Below are positions 12,913-22,975 of a stretch of DNA of 64,000 bases, in pieces. The stretch is taken from assembly GCA_030704615.1 (NCBI GenBank), contig CM060731.1, positions 47,058,001 to 47,122,000 on the forward strand, in the 5' to 3' direction. This DNA is from Takakia lepidozioides (Eukaryota > Plantae > Bryophyta). The position numbers and the translations under genes were made by a program. The stretch's first letter is position 1. Each line of letters begins with the position of its first letter. The notes beneath the pieces were generated by a model. That model saw only the letters and a list, made by a program, of their open reading frames with translations. It was not told where the DNA came from and did not search any database.

Positions 12913-14753
12913 GCTACTCAATGATGAGTTGGTCAAAGCTAATCACCACCTTACCACGCACAATGCTGAGTTGAAGTCTGTTTTGGAGACCGCGCATGGT
13001 GATGTAAGGGACACAGTAGCACAGTATGCCAAGGCTCGCATTCAAAACATCCAACAAGCCGAACGCATTGCTGAGATGGAGAAGACCATTGCTCTGAATG
13101 TCGGGTCAATTAAGGAGTTGAGAATCCAAAAAGACAATCGGTCACAGACCATTTTACAAAAGCAACTGGTTCTTCAACACATGAAGGACATTGTTGAGAA
13201 CACTAAGGCAGGACAAAAGCCTAGCTAACCATGTGATGGGTACTTTTGCTGCCTTGGTTTATTCTTACAAGACCATAATGGAAAGCTTACAACACCAGGT
13301 GAAGGCATTCCAATGCGAAGAGGAGCAAAAACTGCGAAGTTCTACTCGTCAGCAGGTTGATGATCACATTCTTCAACTATGGTTGAACGGCGAGCCGGTA
13401 GATGGCAAGGTCCCTCGCAAATTAACTAGGGACGAAATCATAGATTTCCAACAGCAAGTGCAGGACATTGCCACCAATACTATTGACGGAGTGTATAGTA
13501 CAATAGCTGGTTTGCAGGAAGACGTGGACACTCTTCATATTCAAGTGGATGAATTGATCTTTGGCATAAAGAAGCGGCGACAATTGGAGGTCAATGAGGC
13601 ACAAGCTAAACCAGACTTGGATACAGGGGCTACAACGTCACAGTCACCCAAGGTATCACTTATGGACTTGGACACTCAAGTGCCAGACACTCAGCTTGCT
13701 GTCTGGAATGAACCAATTGTACCACCACAGACTTTTGCTCGGCAGGCCTATAATGATGATGTAATTCTACCTCTTGGGCAAATTCCCCAAGTCATGGAAA
13801 TGGCTTGGAAACATTTCTCACATGTGCAATCGTTGGGGCTATATTACCACATCATGCGTCATTGGTTGCCATTGGCAACAAGGCACAAAGTTTTTGATGC
13901 GAACACACAGTTGGAGGATCATGTCTTTGCTCAGTGGTGCCACGGCGCAAGTGTCATGATGAAGGAGTTGCTGGCATTCCAAGTTATTCATGGTCCGGTG
14001 TCAACCAAAACCAAGGAGGCAATTGTCATGGGATGTGGTACTTACTATGCAACGTGTTTTCTACTCAGATATCAGATCGAGCGACAAACAATGCATCAGA
14101 GGTATCCTTCTTTTTCCAATGGACCTCAATGGCAACTGCCTTTGCCTCCCCAGTTTACATATCATGATGTCAGGTTCATGCTTCAGCATTACACACAACT
14201 CAAGTCTTGGTTTCAGCAGGCCCAAGATCACCTGAGACAGACTCTCTGGGATCATAATCATCTTTTTTTTAAGGGGCAGATGGCTAGGCAATGGCTCGAG
14301 ACCTCCAAACATCTCCACAAACCACCCAATTACACGGAGGGTGCATTGCGCACATATACTGCCCCGGCTAGAAAGAAAGTTGACAGAGCTTGTCTTGACA
14401 ATGTTCCAGACATGGTAGGCATTGATGGGATGCCCATGGACCTATTAGTTCAGCACAGGAGCCAGAAAGATCAGCATAATGCAAAGGAACCCCATGTCTC
14501 GGGTTCGTCCAGTAAAGATGTGTTGGACATGGCAGAGTAGTATGAACAGGTCATGGGTGACAAAGCACGGAGGAACTCTCCTATTCCTGAAGGGCTTCCC
14601 CACTATATTCGGCCAGGACAATCCGCTCCTATCAGCAGACAGTCATCTCCGCCACGGTCAGATGCCGTTCGGGCTAAAACTCTAAGCCCTCGCACTGACT
14701 CTTGTCCACGGAAAGGTGCCCGTTCGCCAAGGTATGAAGACCCCACACATTAA
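12902..14753 (+). mobile_element. Accessory ORF(s) of an LTR retrotransposon (coiled-coil-like region plus 449-aa frame) directly upstream of a polypurine tract
   Basis: ORFs 12878-13228, 13191-14540 and 14553-14753. A second copy lies at 969-1770. Followed by a PPT and a TG start. Confidence 0.6.
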
Positions 14754-14774
14754 CCGTGAGGGCACGGCTTTTTC

Positions 14775-14830
14775 AGAGAGGGAGGGATAATGTTATAGGG
14801 CTGTCTGGGACTTAGGCGGATTTCCGATAA
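14775..14830 (+). other. Polypurine tract and truncated start of a 3' LTR
   Basis: AGAGAGGGAGGGATAA is immediately followed by TGTTATAGGG (14791). The sequence switches to gag coding after about 40 bp. Confidence 0.55.
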
Positions 14831-14834
14831 TCAT

Positions 14835-15791
14835 TTTCAAACCTGGAATGGCCTTAGTACAACATTCCGAAACAGGTTCAGGACAAACAAAACTAAGGAT
14901 GAAGTGTACGGTAGTCTACAACAGTTGAGACAAAAGAAGCCTGAAACTGTTGAATAATATCTAGAGAAGATGGAGTTACTGGTCAAGAAGTTGTCTGATG
15001 TGCCACCAGCAGGTTTACAAAAGACTTGGTTTGTGAGTGGACTGAGACCGGAGTTACAAAAGAAAGTGGATATTTTACCCCATAATACAGTGGAGGAGGC
15101 ATTTGAAACAGCCAACAAAATTGAGCAAGGGAAATCGGTCAGGAAGGATAAAAGAGATGATGATGACTGTGAGGATGAGTCAGATGAGGAAGAAGAGCAA
15201 GAGCTCAAGAAGAAGAGCAAGAAGAAGGAAAAGTTGAAGAGGGACAGCTATGAAAAAAGATTGGAAGAAATCTTGAAAAAATATGCCACAGAGGCTGCAA
15301 CACATTGGAGGAAGGGTGTTTGGTGTGCAAAGTGCCAAAATGAAGGCCATACCACAGTTGAATGCCACATGAAGGAGAAACACTGTACTATCTGTAAAAT
15401 GGATAACCATTCTACTGAGAATTGTTATTACAACAGAAGGACAGCTACAAGGGAACCAAGACAGATGAGGGTGCATCAAGTGCAACCCCAACCAAGAAGA
15501 AACATGACCATGACCACTATGGTAGGCCTGGTGGATATAACAATGGTATGGTAGGAAGAGATAATCCAAAAGGGAATTACCAAGGCAGTCCTAGAGGCAA
15601 CTATCAAGATAATCCCAGGGGGAATTACTAGCCAGGGAATCAGGATTATAGAAATAATCCCAAAATGGACCAAGGGCGTGGACCCAATGGTGAAGAACTA
15701 TGTTACTATTGTAACCAACCAGGACATTGCAAGTCAACTTGTCCAATCTGGGTTAGACACCAGCATGAGGTGAGAATCCCTGTGAGTGAAG
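14835..15791 (+). mobile_element. Ty3/gypsy gag, 5' part (interrupted by the MULE)
   Basis: LRQKKPETVE..WFVSGLRPEL gag core; zinc knuckles CAKCQNEGHTTVEC, CTICKMDNHSTENC and CYYCNQPGHCKSTC. In-frame stops are present. Confidence 0.88.
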
Positions 15792-15900
15792 CAGGGATGC
15801 CTCGGCGTGAGCCTGGTCACGTGAGCGCGTGAGCGCGACTGCGCTCACGCCACGTCACCTTGCGCAAATGCCACGTCACGGGTCTCAGTCCACGTCATCA
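15792..15900 (+). repeat. Left TIR and subterminal GCTCACGCCACGTCA/CCACGTCA motifs
   Basis: CAGGGATGCCTCGGCGTGAGCCTGGTCACGTGAGCGCGTGAGCG aligns with the reverse complement of the right end, CAACGACGCAATGGCGTGAGCGTTGCACGTGAGCGCGCGAGCG. Confidence 0.85.
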
Positions 15901-16004
15901 CACGTGGAGGCCGAGTCACCACGCACCCAGAAAGAAGTGGAGTGTATTCCCGCGGATTGACACCCTTTACCGCGGAAACAAGCTGGACGACATAATAAAA
16001 GGCA

Positions 16005-16370
16005 TTGAATAAATGATGGATGAATGTACAGTTGGATGATAAACAGATGGATGAGTTTGAAAAATCTATGTAGATGGATGAATGACGGATGGATAAGAGT
16101 AAAATGGATGAATGTATAATGGATGTTGAGCAATGACAAAAATTCATGACAGGAAGATGCATGACCAAATCTTTTGACGAATGCACAAAGTATATGAAAT
16201 GAGTGTGGAAGGTTTGTGGGGTGGATTAAAGAGTACAGAGGATGAATGTACAATGGATGTTGTACAAAGGAAGCTTTCATGAATGGAGCACGCATGAATA
16301 CAGTGTAGATGAATGCACAATGGATATGAGAAGAGTCAGGAAGGTTTGTGAGATGGATTTATACATATAG
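16005..16370 (+). repeat. Degenerate GATGGATGAAT(GTA) simple-repeat tract inside the left end of the MULE
   Basis: Many GGATGAAT/GATGGATG units. Confidence 0.6.
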
Positions 16371-16487
16371 CAATTTAAACGAAAGTTGATTCTGTGATTA
16401 TTATTTGTTCTAAAGGAACAACTACGGTAGAGTAAGGGGATTCAACGTTTCCAGATAATATGAAAATGAATATTAAAAGAATACAGT

Positions 16488-19400
16488 TCAGTCTGACTTA
16501 GAGTCAGTACAATGTATCCCCTCTTCCTCTGCATCTAAGTCTAAGTATTTAGAACACCGGATCCACGCTGGATACACCTACGGTTGGCCACTAAAAAGTC
16601 AGGGGATAGGGACTCGGACGCGTGAAGTGCCATTGCTTCGGCATAAACAGGGAGGAGAAAATTGGAAAGGGGGCTGTCGAAACAGACTCGCCAGAAATGA
16701 CTGTATCTCCTGAAGATCCACCGCTGCCTTTCCTGAAAGACAGCCTGAAAAAGTTATTACTGTAACTTTGATGTTATCGAGAAATTGAGTATGACTCCCA
16801 AAGAGGGTTTAGCACTTACTCACATGAAAAGTCGTTGTCGACCTGCTTATCTTCGGGATCGTCATCATTTCGAATATGAATCCGATCAGTCTGTGTGCCT
16901 GAAGTGGAGCCAGACAAAAGGGGAGGAGCACTGTGTTGTAGAGGTCAGAATCACCCTCCATACCAAAAAGGCTTCTTCCGCCTGCCTTGCATGCGTGGTA
17001 AGTTGCTCCTGCACCAGACAGGAGAACATAAACAGTTTGGAGGAGGGGATTTAAGCAGATGAAACTGTTGAAAGGAAACCAATTCGGAAGGGAGAAAACG
17101 AACCTGTGGACACAGAAAGATCGACAACCCGTGCAGAGCGGTGGCTGCATGACTCCAGCAGTATTTGCATGAATGCTGGTGACTTTTCCTTTGCACCTCT
17201 CCAGGGAGTGCCATCTGGTCTCTTCAGAGTCTGACTGGACTGCATGAAGTTGTACAAAATGTCATCGACATGGGGCTCATAGGGGGGGTTGACGAAACAA
17301 CCCTGGTCAGAAATCTCAAGCTGCGGATGGAGGATGGTGTCTTTGATGTGCGAATCCTCCGCAGGCAGATCGCCTCGAACATCCTCGTCTGCCAAAGATA
17401 GCAGGTTAGTGTGGTAAACACAATCTAAAGTAAAAGTGTGTACATCGGCTATTCAGAACTCTGACACCAAAAAAACCATGAATCGTTGATGATCGGTGTC
17501 GATCATAAAACATTCTACTAGAGTGGAGCTGCAGAGAAAATTGAAACTCATGATCAAAGCATAAGCAGAAGGCAGACGGCATACCAGCTGACCAGGGAAA
17601 CCCCCTTTCACAAGGTAGAGGCTGTTCACACAATTCCATGTGCGCAAAACTTCAAACCCTGAAGACTTGAGGTATGATGCCAATGCCCGACGACTATCAT
17701 TGTCACATGACTGAAAAAGCAGAAGTGTCCCTGCATCAGAGAGGAAATTGTTACAGAACCCGAATACCCAACTCCAGTAGTTGTCCTCGAATTTGTTCCA
17801 CCCTGGCGTCTTGCCCTTTGGAAGAACTTCTGGCACAGCCTGGCCATCCGGGATGTCGAGAATGACAATGTCGGCCGCATAAGTTTTCTGCACACCGCAC
17901 ACGAAGGTGGGACCTGTGCTCACCTGCAACAGACATGTTTTTTATAAGAACGATGGCAAGAATGTTTTCAAAGAACGAGACTGAAATACTGCCAACGAAA
18001 CATTCAGAGAAAAAGGAAAGAAAATGGAATTCTCACCAGATTGAGGAATGAGATTATATTGTCCCAGGTAGGGGATGGCACCCCAGTGTATCCTCTCTTT
18101 CGACTCTGCATCATCGAAAGCCAACCCTCATTAACAATTTTCATCTCTCCTGCTGAATCAGAACGGGAAGGGTGTGGCTTGGCATCGAACACGCACTGAA
18201 GAGTGCGGGTATATCTTCCAGCACTAAAGTCCTGCCCACTCTCCATCTCCTTTTCATTCTCCTTCCCCTTGTCCTTTTCCTTCTCTTTGGACTTGTCTTT
18301 GTCCTTTGGCTTTGCTGGTGAGATGGCTATGACATCAACAGCCTTGTCTTTTGGTTTGCGGCCCGCCTTCTTTCCCTTCTGCGGCGTTCCCTGAGCATCA
18401 GGCTCCTTGGCAGCCAAGGTTGCTATGTTTCGTTGATACTCTTCGTCAGTCAAAGGCGCCAGCATCTCAGCGTTATTGTTCAAGTATTTCATATGCTGTT
18501 CTTGAAAGGTCGTGTGCTCAGGTGGGCAGTCAAGGTACCACCCACAGTCTCTGAAGTGAGAAGGACTCCAGTCCTTCAATATCCCTGCAGTATACATGGT
18601 TGGATCGTTTGCAGGGTCCGACCACATGTCAAGATAGTCGGGAATTCCGCTCAGGTGATTTCCTTCCATAAGCACATATTTCGTGTACCTGAAAAAAGGA
18701 GATGAATCCCAACCCACAAAAGCGCTCAGTGAGTAAGATGCAAGTAGAACAGAAAGAATAAAACATGGATTGAAATGGCTCTGACAACTGCTCCAAGGAC
18801 CTTTCAGGACCACACTACTGCTCCAGATATGAATGTCGTCAACGCCATTCAGAACATTCCATTCCATGACACTGTAAATACATCCTAATCCAGGTGAATG
18901 CAAATAAGCGATTAGAAATGACACAGACATAGAAGTGAATGTCGTCAACGACATTCAAGAATGAAGCCAAATTATTACTGAAATGAAGCAAAATCACAGG
19001 AGAAAAAAAAAAAATTGAGTAAGGAACCATCCAGGAAAACTCAATGCACATTCATAACGAACCTATCACTGAGGACCTCAAAACATCACTGTATGTGAAT
19101 GGCGTCAACGCCATTCACAAAAATACAAAAAAGAAACCAATACTTAGCTCCCCAATCCATGAAAATTGAATTTGTCGTTTTTAATAATACAGACACAGCT
19201 GTGAATGTCGTCAACGACATTCACTTTGGATTTCTTAAAACAGAGCTTATGAAGCCTCCATATTCATCGCAAGAGGAAAAAACAATGCAGAACAACTGAA
19301 TGTCTGCATTGACATTCAGCAAAATGAAGTGATCAACCCTCATTGTATCCTCTATGGACATTACAAAAATTTAAATAACCTTGAGGACCACACAACAACT

Positions 19401-22120
19401 CCGTATGTGAATGTCGTCAACGCCATTCAAGGACATTATCAATTCTAATCAGGGACAATATAATTGCACCCTTAGATCCTAACCAGGTGAATTCATATAC
19501 TCGCTTAAGAATGACTCAGACAAAGAAGTGAATGTCGTCAACGACATTCAATCTGGATCTAAGATTGCAATCCATATGAAGCCACAATTTTTCCCAAAAA
19601 AACAGTAGAGTTTCAAGTATGACATTTCACCTGTACACAACTCGCATCATGGCCCACTCTCCTCCAACCTGACTGTCAAAGTCGTTGGACCGTAAAATGT
19701 TACCATCTTTGGAGAACTCCCGGAGAAAAAACAGTATCTCCAGGTGAGACCTCTCCACTTCCTTATGTATGCCTCCAATGACATTTGGGGAGGGGAAACA
19801 ATCGCAATGTTCAGGTCCTTCAAAGTCTGATCCAGCACAATGACGGCGCGCTTTTCGAGCTGCAAATAGTATATTTGTCAGAATTGCAAAAAAGAAACAC
19901 ATCACATACTTGAAGAGAAGAAACAGCATGTTCGAATACACACCTGACTCCAAAATGTAGCCTTGTGGAGCCAGTTATCAAACACCAAATCACTGATTCC
20001 TTCCACCTTTGTGCCAGGCTGTATGGTGCTTTGGGAACTGATTCAAGTCCTTTACTGTTTGATCTGAGTTCCATATCTCCAGCCACCTTATTTTTGTTTG
20101 TGGGTCGACCATCGATATGGCCAGCCGGTGCAATTTCTCCTGCTGCATCTCCGGATGCACATGCTTGTCATAGTGTGTTTTGATCTGCTGAAGGAACTCA
20201 GGACCAAGTCCAGGATCTACTATTCTAAGCTGCTTTCCGAAGGCTGACATCAATTTGGTTCTTCGCATCTCAAACTCCTTCTTTATTGCAGCTTCCACAC
20301 CCTTTGATGTCCTTAGTTCCTCTGGTGTGTAGTGCGGTAATATTCGGATTTTCCCTTCTCAGCTGCCTCTGCCAGTTCTTGCTGCATTCATTCAAGTAGT
20401 GATTAGCTCCGAAGGGACTCTAAACATGTATTCGAAAAGTAAACAGATTACAGACTCGGGCTTACCGCATACATGTACTCCAGAAACGCTCTCGTGTCAA
20501 AGAATACCAAGTGCCTGCAGCTCTTCCTGTTTCGCACTTCTTGATGATATTGGGTGGTAGTACTGTCCGAAAATCATCCAGCTTCATCAGACCAATCCTC
20601 TGAATTCGGAATAGTGTGTGAACCAAGCTTGTTGTCACATGCGATTCTCTGTCGATCTGCAAAAACATTGAAAACATTGCATTCCTTAACACTGTTTTTT
20701 GAGGATCAACAAGACACTACAGAGGGAATCAAATCTCCTGGATGACTTACTTGTTCACGTCGTGCATAGCTGTAAGAAGCCTAGCGATGTCGTTTCCTGG
20801 ATCCAAAACCATTGCCTCCACAGCAACATGCTTGTCTTTGTCTTTCGAATGGTGTTTCTGAATGTATCCCATCCATGCCAGCAATCGGTGGTTGCCGTCC
20901 CAGACGTAGAACATGTGGTTGCAAAATTGCTGGGTGTTCTTTCCCATCATGAGGCCCAGCTCGAACTCCTCATTGGCATCTTTCCAGCACTCATCCCAGT
21001 TATCACTGATCTCTGGAGAAACTAATGTGCTTTTCCCATTTATATCCGTCAGTGACACATAAAAAACTTGTGCACCAAGTCTATATCCATGCACAAAATC
21101 ACTCTCCAATTTTGTTATGTCATGGGAAAGAGGTGGACGCACAACAGGCATTGATATCATCCGGCACAGAGGTATGTCCAGACGCCCTCCAGATACGAGC
21201 ATGTCCCTTATAACCTCCTGAGAGTTTACCTTCTGGAATGACATGAGTTCTTTCACCTTGTCAAGGTAGTGCACTTCGGATTCATCTGCTTCATCTGTAT
21301 TCTCTGAGCTTTTTGCGGACTCGTCCCCATCTCCAGATCCTTTCCCCTCTGATCCTGTAGGCTTCGACCTCACAGTTTTCTGCACGATGCCATTCAGTTC
21401 TGACTAAGTCATTTGCAAATAGTGAATGGCGGTGGTAACGACAATCACTCTGTATCAAGGAAACTCACCATGAATGGTGTGAAAGAATTCAGCACAATCT
21501 ACACATGCAAAGCCGAGACTGCCGTATTCAAAACAAAAGGGAGAGCGATAGCGAACGGCGTTAACGACAATCACAAAAGATAACAACCTGCCGGATCGGT
21601 GTTGTGAAATGACATATATGTGCAACTGATTGGCGGCAACGACATTCAGTGTAGTTTAGGGAGAATAGTAAGTGCAGACTCTCTCTTCAAACACATAGGT
21701 ACATAAATCTCATGAGCAGAATCGAATGGCGTTAACGACGCTCGCGATTCAGTAGTTCCTGCTAAAGAATGGAAGAGGAAGGACTCCTTGAAAGGCAATC
21801 ACATAGACTATATGATAAAACTTACTGGCACCTTCTTAGGTTTTGAACTTTGATCCCCTTCTGCAGCTTTCCTTCCCTCTCACATCTGCTGGAGTTTCTG
21901 TCTGCGCAAGGGTTTCTTGACCTTCTTCAGGTTCGGCGTTCCGCGTGCTTCCACCTTCTTCAGTGTCCCTGCGATTCATCTCTGCCTCCACAGGCTGGCG
22001 CACTCTTATCGCCGGCTGTGTCGCAGCCGCTGCCTCAGTCTCCGTCTGCTCTTGTGAATCAGTCTCCGCGTTCACCTGCTGCCTTGGCCCTGTGTTCTCC
22101 AACAAACGACGCCTCGTCAT
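16488..22120 (-). CDS. Multi-exon MULE cargo gene: ParB/Srx-like domain fused to a beta-class N4C/N6A DNA methyltransferase-like domain (a few frameshifts in this copy)
   Basis: ParB-like exon ~21385-20750 (DIPLCRMISMPVVR...FYVWDGNHRLLAW; DGNHR at 20899-20885). Further GT-AG exons ~20665-20465, ~20390-19945, 19859-19631, 18688-18037, 17923-17585, 17388-17104, 17008-~16823 and a terminal exon to ~16488. MTase motifs occur in beta order: ADIVILDIPDG (IV), FLSDAGTLLLF (VI), PWRGAKEKSPAFMQILLESCS (X), spliced RVVDLSVSTG|ATYHACKAGGRSLFGMEGD (I-II). Confidence 0.8.
18830..19550. repeat. Intronic array of seven 22-bp palindromes TGAATG(T/G)CGT-CA-ACG(A/C)CATTCA
   Basis: Copies start at 18830, 18936, 19096, 19202, 19297 (centre degenerate), 19408 and 19529, all within the intron 18689-19630. 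Confidence 0.92.
21423..21744. repeat. Second, more degenerate cluster of the same palindrome in the first intron region of the cargo gene
   Basis: TGAATGGCGGTGGTAACGACAATCA (21423), CGAACGGCGTTAACGACAATCA (21552), TGATTGGCGGCAACGACATTCA (21627), CGAATGGCGTTAACGACG (21723). Confidence 0.7.
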
Positions 22121-22975
22121 TTTTCTCTCTTGCTCTGCGTCTCTCTCTAAGGGAAGTAAAATAAAGAGACTTTCTTCTCTTTCGTATTCTAGAAGGAACC
22201 CTCTCCAGCTTGACTACCACTCTCCCTCTAAGCGCGAAAAGTAGAAAAACGCAGTGACTCCGATTTCTTGCGGGATTGCCTGTGTTCTTGCGTGTCTCTA
22301 GAAGCATCGGATTCCCTCCCGCGTGACCGTTACACATAGTCGTTTCGTTATTAGTGCACATGCCAGCAATTGGTGTACAGCTGTTCGTATTCAGTTATGG
22401 ATGTCTGACGTGTGCCGCCCAAAACAAAACGGCGTGTTCTAAATTATAACTGGTTCAATATTTAAAAAGAACAGCGAATCCCAGAAATTGATGCGCAGTC
22501 TTAAACAAATAAATATAAATGAACGAGAGTTTGATGACAAATTTTGGAATATCATACACGGTCATCCTTGTTATCCAAACCCCACATTCGTTGCACATTT
22601 GGAACTTTCCAGGTGCGCATGATCATTGGTAGTAGTATATAGATACATTTACTTAATCTGCAATCCCATTCTCGGATCCTGTGGCATGCTTCCAGGAAGT
22701 CGGCTTTGTTATTGGGTTTATTGATGAGGTTCTGATTAACGGTTTTAACAGTTGCCGACACTGCCCCTATGGATTCTCTGACCACTGGGCCCACAAGAAA
22801 AGTAATTAAATGGACGGCTGCATATCTGGAATGAATAACAGAATATGCACAGTCGTTATCTGAGCTTCCTCCGCCATATGCTCTGCTCATTCTTCAACTG
22901 TGTTCTGGAGACAGCAGTAAACCGATTTACACTAGATCTGCGATAGCAAGGTACAAACATACTCGAGGAAGGAAG

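Noticed and set aside
15792-15802. hAT element (CAGGGATG resembles the Ac terminus)
   Set aside because: The right end differs (CAACGACG), the TSD is 9 bp, and the transposase has MULE-type D-D-CxxH-E plus SWIM motifs.
15817-15826. TCACGTGA in the TIR as a bacterial parS core
   Set aside because: It lacks the TGTT/AACA arms of parS and is equally a common plant G-box.
15845-16295. Ser/Ile/His-rich ORFs
   Set aside because: They are translations of the GATGAAT simple-repeat tract.
17279-17290. NPPY as the MTase catalytic motif
   Set aside because: It falls in the TRD position just before motifs X/I rather than after a hydrophobic strand, and it overlaps a 7-nt homopolymer near a required frameshift. 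DIPD at 17857 fits motif IV better. Not fully excluded.
18830-19550. CRISPR array interpretation of the spaced palindromes
   Set aside because: The array lies in a spliceosomal intron, the spacers are 73-138 bp, irregular and related to each other, and there are no cas genes.
16488-22120. Bacterial contamination or very recent horizontal insert
   Set aside because: The gene has multiple GT-AG introns and sits within a TSD-flanked element nested in a plant retrotransposon.
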